Shown piece after piece: positions 17,005 through 26,926 of a stretch of DNA of 64,000 nucleotides. The position numbers and the translations under genes are program-made. Origin of the DNA: Planctomycetota bacterium (lineage in GTDB: Bacteria; Planctomycetota; PLA2; JAEUHO01); contig JBFWRP010000001.1 of the NCBI GenBank assembly GCA_050248855.1, positions 224,001 to 288,000 of the forward strand. Reading direction: 5' to 3'. Numbering within the stretch: position 1 is the stretch's first letter; every line of letters begins with the position of its first letter. The notes beneath the pieces are model-generated. The model saw nothing but the letters and a program-made list of their open reading frames with translations. It was not told the origin of the DNA and made no database searches.

Positions 17005-19050
17005 GCCGGTTCCGTGGGCGCCTCGCCGCGCCACGAGCACCGTGAGCGGGCCCGCGGGGAGTCCGTGAAGCCCAAGCAACCCCTCCGGCGCCGCATGGAG
17101 CGCGGAGCCGACGAGCACCACGGCGTCCACGGGCGTGCCGTCCTCCTCCGCGATCTCCAAGCGCAGGCGTGCCGGGCCCCAGCGCAAGACCAGGGTCCCC
17201 TCGTCCGGGGCGCGCCCTCCCAGCGTCTGCCAGCCATCGCGTCGCACGACGACCCACTCTCCGGGGCGCGCGGTGTCGTCGTAGGGCCGCTCGTCGGGAC
17301 CGTACTCGCCGTGCGGTCCCTCGCAGCGGATCTGGACGTCCGTGGCAGAGACAACAGGCAGGCCTTCGCCTACGCGAACGTGCGCACCGGGGCCGGAGAT
17401 GTCGACCCAGGCCTCGCGGCGCGGCCCCTTGCGGCCTGCGCGCCACGCGACACGCAACCGTCCGCGCGCGTCCGTGAGGATCCTGTCCTTCTCGTACCAG
17501 GCGAAGGCCGACCGCATCCCATCGAACAGCTCCAGGGCTTCCGAGCCGGACGGAAGCTCGATGACGGCCGGTTCGGGTACGGCCACCGTGACCGTCCGCT
17601 CGCCGTCCACTTCGGGGCCTACGACGAAGTCAAGGCGCGGACGGTCAGGCAGCTCGACCTGAAGGGCGGCCGGAGCATCCGCGGGGAGGGCGGGCCGTGC
17701 GCCCGGGCCGTCGATGCCGTCCTCCGTCTCGCGCTCCACGACGAGGGTGAGCGTCGCGCCCTCCGGTACGACGCCTTGGATGCGCAGACGCGGTCGAGCC
17801 CGTGCCGTCACGTCCACGCGTACGCGCCCCCCGGTGGGCACGTCCACGCGCAGGGGATCGAAGGTCCACGCGGAGAACGCGCTCGCGGGCTCCACCCGGA
17901 CGGGGCCGGCACAAACCTCGAACGCGACCTCACCGGGGCGCACATCGTCGTCCTCGTCGTCGGGAGACCGGGTCGATTCCGCATCGCCCCGCCCCGTGGC
18001 CAAGGACACGGCGCGAACGGACATGTCGGAGGCAGGCTCCCCCGAAGGCGTGCGCACGCTCACGACGAGCGTTCCGTCGCGCTCCGGCTCAAGGACCCCG
18101 AGACCGTCTACCACGATGCGCAGGTCGTCGCCCGCGCTCGGGTCCTCGACGAACCACGACCCCGTCTCCGAGGTGTAGTCGCCGGGCACGAAGACCTGGA
18201 GCTCGTCCCAGGCGCCCTCGACGCCCTCCAACACGAATCGCCCCTCGGCATCCGTCACCGCGGCCGGCCCGCGCTGCTCGTTCCACGCCCGGACCACGGC
18301 GCCCACGACGGGACGACCCAGCACGTCCACGACCACGCCTGCGTGGCGAACGGCCCGACGGGGTAGAACGAGGATTCCCTCGCGACCGAGCGACGCGAAA
18401 CGATCCGTGGCGTAGAGATCCGAGGCCAGGCACGTTCCTTCGACCCACAGCTGGCTGCCCGACGGAACGCCAAGCAGCCCCACGTCGAACGAGCCGTCCG
18501 GCCCCGTGCGGGCACCGGCATAGGGCGTTCCGTGACTGCAGCCGCCGAGGACGTCCACGCGCGCGTCGACGACAGGGCGTCCGAGGATGTCGCGAACGAC
18601 CCCCCGGAGGATCTGCCCGCGGTGCAGCTCGACCTGCGCCTCGGGAACGACGCCGTACTCGTGGTGCGGCGCGTACCCCTCCGCCAGCACGATCCAGTGC
18701 GAGTCGGACGTCCACGCATCGCGCGCGACGGGGACGCTCGCGACACCCAGCGCGTCGGTCACGGCCATGGACAGCACGGCGTCGTGCCAGCGCCGCCAGC
18801 CCGCAATCCACTCCGGCGTGCGCACCCAGCGGGCGCCGACCACCGGTTCGCGCGTCTCCGCGTCGACCACACGAACCGCGAACACGTCTTGCTCGAGTGC
18901 GTCGTCCGCCCGGTGCTGCTCCGGATCGGGCAGGACGCCCGTCCACGGCTCCTCCGTGACCACCTCGCCTGCCAAGGCATCCGCAGAGGCAGCTCCGGCC
19001 AGGAGGACGGCGAATCCAACGACGGCGCGAAGGAAGGTGATCGTGCGCAT
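16942..19050 (-). CDS. Secreted carboxypeptidase-regulatory-like (beta-sandwich repeat) protein
   Basis: Signal peptide; repeated GVVRDILGRPVVDARV / GVVVDVLGRPVVGAVV / TDAEGRF motifs. Confidence 0.75.
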   Translation of the reverse strand: MRTITFLRAVVGFAVLLAGAASADALAGEVVTEEPWTGVLPDPEQHRADDALEQDVFAVRVVDAETREPVVGARWVRTPEWIAGWRRWHDAVLSMAVTDALGVASVPVARDAWTSDSHWIVLAEGYAPHHEYGVVPEAQVELHRGQILRGVVRDILGRPVVDARVDVLGGCSHGTPYAGARTGPDGSFDVGLLGVPSGSQLWVEGTCLASDLYATDRFASLGREGILVLPRRAVRHAGVVVDVLGRPVVGAVVRAWNEQRGPAAVTDAEGRFVLEGVEGAWDELQVFVPGDYTSETGSWFVEDPSAGDDLRIVVDGLGVLEPERDGTLVVSVRTPSGEPASDMSVRAVSLATGRGDAESTRSPDDEDDDVRPGEVAFEVCAGPVRVEPASAFSAWTFDPLRVDVPTGGRVRVDVTARARPRLRIQGVVPEGATLTLVVERETEDGIDGPGARPALPADAPAALQVELPDRPRLDFVVGPEVDGERTVTVAVPEPAVIELPSGSEALELFDGMRSAFAWYEKDRILTDARGRLRVAWRAGRKGPRREAWVDISGPGAHVRVGEGLPVVSATDVQIRCEGPHGEYGPDERPYDDTARPGEWVVVRRDGWQTLGGRAPDEGTLVLRWGPARLRLEIAEEDGTPVDAVVLVGSALHAAPEGLLGLHGLPAGPLTVLVARRGAHGTGARLELSLTSDEELSHRVVLR

Positions 19051-19073
19051 GTTCTTGACAACGTACGCGAGAG

Positions 19074-22000
19074 CTACTTGGGACGCCGCCAGGCGATCTC
19101 CATCAAGCGGTCCCCCAGCACCTCGCCTTCCTCGGCCGTGTAGGTGGTGTCGTCGAGCAAGCGCCGCCAAGCCGCTTGCACGCCGCCCGCCTCGTGCACC
19201 CAGCGGTCGGCGATGGGATGCAGGCGCGCCTCGAGCTGACGCAGGCGTCGCAGCACGGCCCAGCGCTCGGGCGCCGGCTGCGTGTGGTAGAGGCGGATGC
19301 TTCCGTCACCGCCGGTCGTGGCCAGCACGCGACCGTCCGCGGAGAACACGACCTGGAACACGTAGCCCGAGTGTCCAACGAGCGTGTGCACCAGCTCCTT
19401 GCGCTCGACGTCGTGGATCTTGACGACGTTCTCGACGCCGCCTTCGTAGAGGCGCCCGTCCGGTCCGAAGGCCATGGAATGCACCCAGGGGGCCCCCGGC
19501 GGAATGCGGCCCGCCACGCGACCCGTGGCGTCGTAGAGATCGATGCTGTCTCGCGCAGCACCCGCCACCGCCATCCTGCCGTCGGCGCCCACGGCGAGGG
19601 CCGTCACGCCGCCCAGCTGCTCCCCGACACGTCCGAGCGTTTTGCCCGTGGCCGCATCGAGCACGAGCGCAGCGTCGGCATCGCGGCCTCCCCACAGGAT
19701 CTTCGAGTCACCGATCCAGCGCAGCTCGGCGGGTGCCGACCGCCGTACGTCATCTTGGTGCTCCCAGACGGGGGTCCACGAATCGACGTCCAAGACACCG
19801 GTGGTGTCGGCGCCCGTCACCGTAGCCAAGAACCGGCCGTCGGGTGAGAAGGCCACGCTCTCGTACTGGCCCCCACCCAGCTTGCGGGCGTGCTCCAGGC
19901 GTGCGGTGGGCAGGTGCCAAACTCGAAGCCAGCTGGCGGCGCTCGCGGGCTTGTCGAACGGCTCGTACGGCAGGGCGCCTGCGGTTCGGTGGATGATGGC
20001 CAAGCGACGGGACGCGGCGTCGTACGACACCGCCCGGACGCTCTCCGCGGCGGGGATCGTGGCCACGAGGCGCTGCGTGCGCGTGTCGAGCACACGAACC
20101 GTGCCGTCCCACCCACCGCTGATCACGAGACGCGCATCCGGCGTCAGCGCCAAGCCGTACACGTACGGTCCCTGCCAAGGTCCCGACCCACTCCCATGGG
20201 GCCGGAGGACCGTCACGGGAGCGACGTCGGGCACGAAGAGCGCGGCCTCGGTCGGCGACGCCGCGAGCACGCCGCCCGCCGCCGTGCCGCAGAGGGCCAT
20301 CACGCTGCCGTCGAGGCCTCCGACCGCCTCGAGCTCGCCGGTGTCCACATCCAAGCGCTGGATGCCGCCACGAAGACCACCAAGCAGCAGATGGGCGCCT
20401 TGCGGCGTGAACGCCACTTGCGAGATCGGCCGATGGATGGTCCACGCCGCCTGGGGCTCGACCAGGCCGCGGCCGCGCTCCCACAACCAGATCCCGCCCG
20501 CGCTGTCGGCACTGGCCAAGCGGCGACGTACGGCATCGAGCGCATACGGCCCGTAGTTGCTGTACGCCCGATACCGGGCGATCGTGTGCTCTTCGCCAGC
20601 GACATCGGTCGCCACTTCGCGCATGGTGTACGGCGGGAAGCGACGTTGCAGCAGCACGCCCGGCTCGACCTCGACCCCGACGTGGGGCAGCTCCGTGGGG
20701 GCGGCTCGGCAGACCTCGCCTTCCCACAGGACGACGCCCTCCAGGGGCTGGATGTGCCACGGCACCGGAGCCGCGTCCGACACGGGCAACGCGTCGAGGA
20801 CCTCGAGCGTCTCGCCGGCCGCGACGCGCACGCCGGCCGGCTGCCTCGCCGCGTCCCACGCCACGCGCTCGACGGCCGTCTCGACGCAGGCGCGCATGTG
20901 CTCCCAGGCCCACCCCCGATGCTCGGGGTCCACGGCCGCCAAGTAGGGCCGTGCCTCCCACGGGCGGTCGGCGCGGATCGCCAGCGACGCGGCCGCAAAC
21001 GCACGTTGCGAGTCCGAGAGGCGCGCTGCGGCCGCCTGGCGCGTCGCCCTCTCCCGCTCGCGACGCGCGGTCGCCATCATGGACACCGAGACGGCGAGTG
21101 CCGCGACGAGCGCCAGCAGGGCCACGGACGCAGCCCCGACGAGCACCCTGTTGCGAGCCACGAACTTGCGCAGCTGGTAGAGCCGCGTCGGGGCCCGCGC
21201 CCAGATCGGCTCCTTCGCCAGGTACCTGCCCAAGTCCTCGCGCAGCGCGTCGGCCGATGCGTACCGGCGATCGGGATCGGGCGAGAGGGCCGTCGCCAGG
21301 ATCACATCCATGTCCGAACTGACGCCAGACCCTGCGTCCGCGAGGCGGGGCGGCCGACCAGCTTGCACGGCGCCAAGCAAGCTGGCCGGGGTGGCCTCGT
21401 GCGCGTGAAACGGCCGATGCCCCGCCAAGGCCTCGTAGAGCATGACACCCAGCGCGTAGACGTCGCTACGGGTGTCCACGTCGGCTCGTCCCACGAGCTG
21501 CTCGGGGCTCATGTACGCGAGCGTTCCCACGACACTTCCCGTCGTCGTGTGCTTCGTGCCCTCGAGCGAGCGCGCGACCCCGAAGTCCAGCACCTTGGGC
21601 TGCCCCTCCGGTGTCACGAGGACGTTGCGTGGCTTCAGGTCGCGGTGGATGACGCCGTTGCGGTGTGCGTGGGCGACGGCATCCGCGGCCGCTGCAACCA
21701 AGCGCACGCGAGCATCGGGAGACAGCCGGCGCGACGCCACGTCCAGCGGATCACCCTCCACAAGCTCCATCACCAGGTAGAGGAGGCCCGCGGACTCGCC
21801 CACGGCGTGGATGCGGGCGATGCCCTCATGACGCAGCAGCGCCAGGAGGTCACCCTCGCGGCGGAAGCGCGCGCGCATGTCGGGGCTGCCGATCTCAGGA
21901 CGGAGCACCTTGATCGCGACGCGGCGGCGCGGCTCGTCTTGCTCGGCCTCGAACACCTGGCCCATGCCGCCCGTGCCCAAGGGGCGCAGGATCCGGTACG

Positions 22001-22280
22001 GCCCCAGGCGATCGGGCACCGCCCAGGCCGAAGGCCGCTCCCCCAGCGAGACGTCGACCAGTCGATGGAGTGTGGACGCCTCGTCCCGTGGCGAGACCGG
22101 CTCATCGCTCAGTCGCTCGTGCTCTGCCAACAGGGCCAGCACCTCGGCGCGAAGCTCGGCGTCACCCGGGCATCGCGCCGCCAAGGCCGCTTGGCGCTCC
22201 TCCTGGGGCAAGTGGCGCAGCTTGCCAAAGAGGGCCGTAGCCGAGGCGAAGAGCTCGGCGGGGGTGCGCTCGCTGATCAC
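19074..22280 (-). CDS. Ser/Thr protein kinase with TM helix and WD40 repeats
   Basis: GTGGMG, VAIK, HRDLKPRN, DFG, YMSPE; GHSGYVFQVVFSADG..TGGDGSIRLY. Confidence 0.93.
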   Translation of the reverse strand: MISERTPAELFASATALFGKLRHLPQEERQAALAARCPGDAELRAEVLALLAEHERLSDEPVSPRDEASTLHRLVDVSLGERPSAWAVPDRLGPYRILRPLGTGGMGQVFEAEQDEPRRRVAIKVLRPEIGSPDMRARFRREGDLLALLRHEGIARIHAVGESAGLLYLVMELVEGDPLDVASRRLSPDARVRLVAAAADAVAHAHRNGVIHRDLKPRNVLVTPEGQPKVLDFGVARSLEGTKHTTTGSVVGTLAYMSPEQLVGRADVDTRSDVYALGVMLYEALAGHRPFHAHEATPASLLGAVQAGRPPRLADAGSGVSSDMDVILATALSPDPDRRYASADALREDLGRYLAKEPIWARAPTRLYQLRKFVARNRVLVGAASVALLALVAALAVSVSMMATARRERERATRQAAAARLSDSQRAFAAASLAIRADRPWEARPYLAAVDPEHRGWAWEHMRACVETAVERVAWDAARQPAGVRVAAGETLEVLDALPVSDAAPVPWHIQPLEGVVLWEGEVCRAAPTELPHVGVEVEPGVLLQRRFPPYTMREVATDVAGEEHTIARYRAYSNYGPYALDAVRRRLASADSAGGIWLWERGRGLVEPQAAWTIHRPISQVAFTPQGAHLLLGGLRGGIQRLDVDTGELEAVGGLDGSVMALCGTAAGGVLAASPTEAALFVPDVAPVTVLRPHGSGSGPWQGPYVYGLALTPDARLVISGGWDGTVRVLDTRTQRLVATIPAAESVRAVSYDAASRRLAIIHRTAGALPYEPFDKPASAASWLRVWHLPTARLEHARKLGGGQYESVAFSPDGRFLATVTGADTTGVLDVDSWTPVWEHQDDVRRSAPAELRWIGDSKILWGGRDADAALVLDAATGKTLGRVGEQLGGVTALAVGADGRMAVAGAARDSIDLYDATGRVAGRIPPGAPWVHSMAFGPDGRLYEGGVENVVKIHDVERKELVHTLVGHSGYVFQVVFSADGRVLATTGGDGSIRLYHTQPAPERWAVLRRLRQLEARLHPIADRWVHEAGGVQAAWRRLLDDTTYTAEEGEVLGDRLMEIAWRRPK

Positions 22281-22334
22281 GGGCCCCCCGCTTGGCCACG
22301 GCTCTCGAGGTCGACCGCGACCTCGTGTTCCATC

Positions 22335-24509
22335 CTACGTGCCGCCCGATGCGCCGTCCCCGCCCGTTCCGCCATCGACGACGCGGATGACGAGCTCGAC
22401 GGCGTTGCCATGGACATCGGTCCCCACGCCGCGACGGCGCGCGCGGATCCGGTAGATGCCCGTCTCCTCCGCGAAGAAGTCCAGCTTCTGGACCGCGTCC
22501 TTGGCCGTGCCGACGATCTCGAACACGCCGTCGCCATCGAGATCCCACTCGACCTCGGGGACTGCCAGACGAGCCTCGATCTCCTCGGCGGAGAGGCCGG
22601 TCAGTCCGCCCAGGATCGCCATGCCTGTGTCGACGGGCAGCGAGTCCAAGGTCTCCTGGAAGGTCCGGAACGTCGCCGAGTTGGCCTGGTCGTTGGCCTC
22701 GAAGAAGCCGTAGTTCGAGCGGAGCGAGAACCCCCCGTCGGCATCGGGAGCCACGACGAACAGGGAGTCCTCCAAGTTGTTGTCGTTGTAGAGAACGAAG
22801 TACGTGGTGGGGTCCACGCAGAGGCGATGGCTGCTGGCCTTGTCCTCGAAGCCGTTGTTGATGCCGGCCCCGTCCAGGCGCGAGAACTGCGTCTCGTAGT
22901 CGTCCAGCAAGAGGTCGGAGGCGTCGATGACCTGGCAGATCTTGTTGTACGCGTTGCCGTTGGAGTTGTAGCTCACGTCCTCGTAAAGGTCGGCCCAGGA
23001 GCCGAGGATCCACGGCTCGGCGCGCAGCTCGCGCACGAGGCGCTCGCCAACCTGGAGCGTCACCATGGGACCAAAGGGCTCCGGCATCCACCGCGGGCCT
23101 ACGTGCGGCTCGCTCCACGTCATGTCCCGGTGCCGGAACTCGGACATGCGCAGGAGGTCGATGTTCTCGTCGGTCTCGTTGTGCGCAATGGCGTAGAGGA
23201 GCAGCTCCCCCGTCGGCGAGACGTAGGCCCCCACGCCCGCGTTCCCGTTCCCGAAGACGGCCCGGTCACCGACCTCACCGCCGAGAACGAGGATGCCTTC
23301 ATCGTGCGGCATCATGTTGAACGCCTTGCGGCCTGCGAACTCGAACCGGATGTCGCCGATCGTCCGCACGCCGTCATTCGGCAAGCCCTTCACCTCGAAG
23401 AGGCTAACCACGTCGAGGCCGACGAGGACCGGCGAGAAGTTGTTCGTGTTGAGGGCGGCGATCATGTAGATGCGCCCGTCGGTTTGCTGGACCAGGTGCA
23501 TCGTCTGGAACGTCGAGATGAGGGTGTTGTCGCTCGAGTTCGTGGCATACGGCCAGGGGCCAACGAAAGGGTCCACGGTGAAGGGGTTGATCGAGAGGTT
23601 CGTGAAGTCGAACGCGGGCTGGTCGGGGATCTCCCACAGGTCGTACAGATGGAACTCGAAGAGCGGGTCCTGGGTGCCGTCGGGCAGGAAGAAGCTGGTG
23701 CGGTTCGAGATGTAGCACGCGACTTGGTAGTCACCGGCCCAGGTGACGAGCAACGCGAAGCGGCCGTCGGGCTCGGGCAGCTTGATGATGCCGACGACGC
23801 CCGCTTCGGCGCGGGGCTTGTAGCCGAGGCCCGTGTCGATGTCCATGACGAGCGAGTAGTCCATGCGGACCGGATTCAAGCGGTCCGTGCAGTCGTAGAA
23901 CCAGATCTCGCAGTCCTTGTCCTCGATGTCCTCGCCGTTCGCATCGATCGGCTGCTCCATCGGCACCACCAGGATGTCGCCGATCATCTGCAAGCCGCCC
24001 GGGTGCTTCCAGTCGTCGAACTCGATCCTGTGGACAACCCGATCCGTGGTCGGCGGCTCGGTGTCGGCGGTCTCCACGCCGCGCTGGAGCAAGTTGGAGC
24101 GCATGCGCTCGCCGCAAGGCGCGCTGGCCTCGGCGATCGAGCTCCGAGAGCGCAGCTGGATGACGCCGAGGAAGGCCTCCTCGTTGTTGTCCGGGTGCCC
24201 GGACTTCGTCACGTAGAGGACGTCGTTGGGCCCGCCCGGCGTGTAGTTCGCCCGTACGATGCCCTGGTAGTGCTTCACGCCGCTGCCCGTGATGGACTGG
24301 CCGCTCTGCGGGTGGGCCGCCAGCCACTCCCCCTGGTGGCGCAGGTTGAACAGCTGCGACGGGACGTCGGCCACGACGAGGTTGGCCTCCTGGGGGAGCA
24401 CGATCGGATCCGAGGCCGGGCTGCTGCCCCCTCCGGCGCCGCAGGCGCTCAGCAGACAGGCGGCCAAGGCGGATCCGCCGGCAACGAGCAAGAGGGAGCT
24501 GGGACGCAC
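22335..24509 (-). CDS. Acidic lipoprotein with beta/gamma-crystallin-like and PKD-like motifs
   Basis: Lipobox LSAC; FEDKASS..FVLYNDNN..NDQANS; EWDLDGDGVFE; AGGAGAG SD. Confidence 0.7.
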   Translation of the reverse strand: MRPSSLLLVAGGSALAACLLSACGAGGGSSPASDPIVLPQEANLVVADVPSQLFNLRHQGEWLAAHPQSGQSITGSGVKHYQGIVRANYTPGGPNDVLYVTKSGHPDNNEEAFLGVIQLRSRSSIAEASAPCGERMRSNLLQRGVETADTEPPTTDRVVHRIEFDDWKHPGGLQMIGDILVVPMEQPIDANGEDIEDKDCEIWFYDCTDRLNPVRMDYSLVMDIDTGLGYKPRAEAGVVGIIKLPEPDGRFALLVTWAGDYQVACYISNRTSFFLPDGTQDPLFEFHLYDLWEIPDQPAFDFTNLSINPFTVDPFVGPWPYATNSSDNTLISTFQTMHLVQQTDGRIYMIAALNTNNFSPVLVGLDVVSLFEVKGLPNDGVRTIGDIRFEFAGRKAFNMMPHDEGILVLGGEVGDRAVFGNGNAGVGAYVSPTGELLLYAIAHNETDENIDLLRMSEFRHRDMTWSEPHVGPRWMPEPFGPMVTLQVGERLVRELRAEPWILGSWADLYEDVSYNSNGNAYNKICQVIDASDLLLDDYETQFSRLDGAGINNGFEDKASSHRLCVDPTTYFVLYNDNNLEDSLFVVAPDADGGFSLRSNYGFFEANDQANSATFRTFQETLDSLPVDTGMAILGGLTGLSAEEIEARLAVPEVEWDLDGDGVFEIVGTAKDAVQKLDFFAEETGIYRIRARRRGVGTDVHGNAVELVIRVVDGGTGGDGASGGT

Positions 24510-24605
24510 GGGACTCTCCTTCCAGCGCCTCGGGGGAGGCGTCACGAAGGAGTGGGCAAGGCGCGCGCGCCCCCCCCGGAGAATTCTGCCGATCGAGCGG
24601 TGCCC

Positions 24606-25148
24606 CTAGCGAAGGCGCCGGCCCAGCCAGGCGCGGGCGGCGTACCAGTCGTCCTCGACGGTGGTCAGCCCCAGCGCCAGGGCCTCGGCGATCTCGGGGT
24701 TGGTCATGCCCGCGAAGAAGCGCATCTCCACGATCTGGGCCTTGCGGGCGTCAAGGCTGGCCAGCTCGTCCAGGGCCTCGTCCAGATCCAGGAGATCGGG
24801 ATCCAGCCCACCGAGGGCCAGCCGCGCCTCCTCCAGCGGGAGGCGCGCGAGGCCCCCACCTCGCTTGGCGGCGTTCCGCCCCCTCGCGTGGTGGATCAGG
24901 ATCTGGCGAATCGAGCGCGCGGCCACACCCAGGAACTGCGCGCGGCTCGTCCAGCCTTCCGGCCGCTCCGCCGACAGGCGCAGGTACGCCTCGTTGGCCA
25001 AGGCCGTGGGTTGCAGCGTGTGCTCGACGCGCTCGCGGCGCATGTGGGCCTGGGCCAGACGGCGCAGCTCCTCGTAGACGAGCGGCACGAGCTCGTCGAT
25101 GTGCCCAGCGTGGCCATGCTCTTCGGGACGGGGGGTCTCGCTGGCCAC
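24606..25148 (-). CDS. ECF sigma factor (TIGR02999-like, kinase-associated type)
   Basis: LVPLVYEELRRLA...HTLQPTALANEAYLRL...KRGGG...VEMRFFAGMT. Confidence 0.9.
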   Translation of the reverse strand: MASETPRPEEHGHAGHIDELVPLVYEELRRLAQAHMRRERVEHTLQPTALANEAYLRLSAERPEGWTSRAQFLGVAARSIRQILIHHARGRNAAKRGGGLARLPLEEARLALGGLDPDLLDLDEALDELASLDARKAQIVEMRFFAGMTNPEIAEALALGLTTVEDDWYAARAWLGRRLR

Positions 25149-25159
25149 GGACCGTGATG

Positions 25160-25543
25160 CTACGTCCGGCCCTCCGCCCCGCGAGCGCGCAACGCACGCA
25201 TCGACCGCACACACCGAGCGAGACGCCGCTCGGCCGACTTGAGGCCCCACAGCTCGAACAGTCGGACGGGCCAGTGCAGAGGGACGATCGCGCTGATCAG
25301 CGAGTGCCAGCCGAGCTCCTGCCGCGCAGCTGCCACTTCGTCCTTGGTGCTCCGCAGCCGCGGCAGGAGGCGCCGCAGGCCCTCGCGCGTCGCCTCGGCC
25401 CCCAAGCGCGCGGCGTCCCGACGCAATCGAGCCAAGGTGGCTTCGAGACCCGCGACGTGGGCCCGCGCGCATTCGAGGCGCGACTCGTACGGAAAGGTCC
25501 GGCGCGCGGCGTCCGTCTCGCGATGCTCGCGACGGACGCTCAC
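25160..25543 (-). CDS. Hypothetical protein
   Basis: GTGA overlap with the upstream VOC gene. Confidence 0.45.
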   Translation of the reverse strand: MSVRREHRETDAARRTFPYESRLECARAHVAGLEATLARLRRDAARLGAEATREGLRRLLPRLRSTKDEVAAARQELGWHSLISAIVPLHWPVRLFELWGLKSAERRLARCVRSMRALRARGAEGRT

Positions 25544-25968
25544 GCCGGGCTCGCCCCGTCGGAGGGGGCCTCGATGGGACAGTAGAGGTCCCAGCGCACG
25601 CCAAGAGGATCGTCCAGACATGCGTAGCGCATGTTCTCGTACATCCACGTGTCCTGCGGCTGCATGACGGTCTTGGCGCCGTGCTCCACGAACGTGGCGT
25701 GCAGCGCATCCACGTCCGCCGGCGTGGCCAGGCGCAGGGCGATCTCCGCGTTGGCCGGGTTTTCACCCGGGTGCGGCGCCATCTTGGGATCGAACAGCGT
25801 GAGCCACGTATCGCCCAGCTTGAGGCCATGGAAGCCGGCTTCGTGGTACGCGCACGGCCCGAACACGGCCTCGTACAGCGCGACGGCCGCATCAACGTCC
25901 TTGAAGTAGAAGCTGGGATAGGCCACGCCCCGAACCGCCGGGTGGGCCGAGGGTGCGTCGTCGCCCAT
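25540..25968 (-). CDS. VOC/glyoxalase family protein
   Basis: DVDAAVALYEAVFG...DVDALHATFVEHGA...DDPLGVRWDL. Confidence 0.85.
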   Translation of the reverse strand: MGDDAPSAHPAVRGVAYPSFYFKDVDAAVALYEAVFGPCAYHEAGFHGLKLGDTWLTLFDPKMAPHPGENPANAEIALRLATPADVDALHATFVEHGAKTVMQPQDTWMYENMRYACLDDPLGVRWDLYCPIEAPSDGASPA

Positions 25969-26068
25969 GTTCCAAGCCTCCTTGCGGCCTGCGATGCCGC
26001 TCGTCGCGGACCAGCGTACCCGCGCAGGATGCGCCTCGCGGTGGGCCTCCCGGCACGGGTGGCGGTTG

Positions 26069-26452
26069 TCAGACCGTGGCCAGCCCGGCGACGGCCCCGA
26101 AGTGGGCGTCGCGTGTGTAGAGCGGCAGGTCGTGCTGCATGGCGAGCGCCGCGATCCACAGGTCGCCCGTGGGGATGGGCCTGCCCGACGCTCGTAGCTG
26201 CGCGAAGACGCGGGCGTAGAAGTGGGCCGTCGCCTCGTCGGCCCATAGCACCCGCACGCGCTCGTGGCCCAGGAAGCGGACGAGCGTCCGCTCGTTGGCG
26301 CGTGACTCCCGCGCGCGCGCAAAGCCTGCACGCAGCTCGCCCAGGACGACGAACGGTACCGCAATCGTGTGGGCCAAGCGGAATCGCGTGGCCACGTCCA
26401 CGTCGCCTCGCATGAAGTCCACGTACCGATTCGTGTCGAGGGCGAAGTTCAC
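26069..26452 (-). CDS. vapC: PIN-domain toxin VapC
   Basis: ALDTN, VLGEL, PIPTGDLWIAA, TRDAHF. Confidence 0.9.
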   Translation of the reverse strand: MNFALDTNRYVDFMRGDVDVATRFRLAHTIAVPFVVLGELRAGFARARESRANERTLVRFLGHERVRVLWADEATAHFYARVFAQLRASGRPIPTGDLWIAALAMQHDLPLYTRDAHFGAVAGLATV

Positions 26453-26454
26453 GA

Positions 26455-26718
26455 CTACGCCCAGAGCGACGGATCGCCTCGGCCCTGCTCCTCCAGAGCG
26501 GCATCGAGCTCGGGATCCTCGACCCACGTGCCGAGGAACACATCCAGATCGGTGTGCACGACGGCCCCGGCCTCCTCCCCCACGCTCCGCCGAAGGGCCT
26601 CGACCGCCACGTCGTTGAGGCTCCTCCCCTCGCGGCGGGCGCGAGCGCGAAGGGCCCTGTCGACGGACGGCGGCACACCACGGATCGTGTACTGGAGGCG
26701 GGCAGCTCGCTTGGGCAT
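26455..26718 (-). CDS. Ribbon-helix-helix antitoxin (FitA/VapB-like)
   Basis: YTIRGVPPSVDRALRARARREGRSLN; directly upstream of vapC. Confidence 0.85.
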   Translation of the reverse strand: MPKRAARLQYTIRGVPPSVDRALRARARREGRSLNDVAVEALRRSVGEEAGAVVHTDLDVFLGTWVEDPELDAALEEQGRGDPSLWA

Positions 26719-26748
26719 GCCTACACGTCTAGCATTCAATGTAGGCAT
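26717..26748. promoter_or_regulatory. Probable toxin-antitoxin operator palindrome
   Basis: ATGCCTACA-N14-TGTAGGCAT at the antitoxin start. Confidence 0.65.
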
Positions 26749-26926
26749 CGAACGAATCCAACGTCGTAGACCCTGGCAGGTACGACTTGGCCCTCGCAGC
26801 CGTGGCACGGCCGGTCACGGCGGAGCCCGGGAGCTCGACCGCAGCCCTGGGTCCTGCGTGGGGTCTCGCCCTCGGCACGGGGCGGGCGCAAGGAGGCCAC
26901 GGGTGCGGAGCGGAACCGGGAAACGG

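Noticed and set aside
19890..25157. 1755-aa plus-strand ORF and other long antisense ORFs (e.g. 60471..63974, 52273..54708, 46450..49263)
   Set aside because: Shadow ORFs of real genes on the opposite strand in high-GC DNA; no recognisable motifs.
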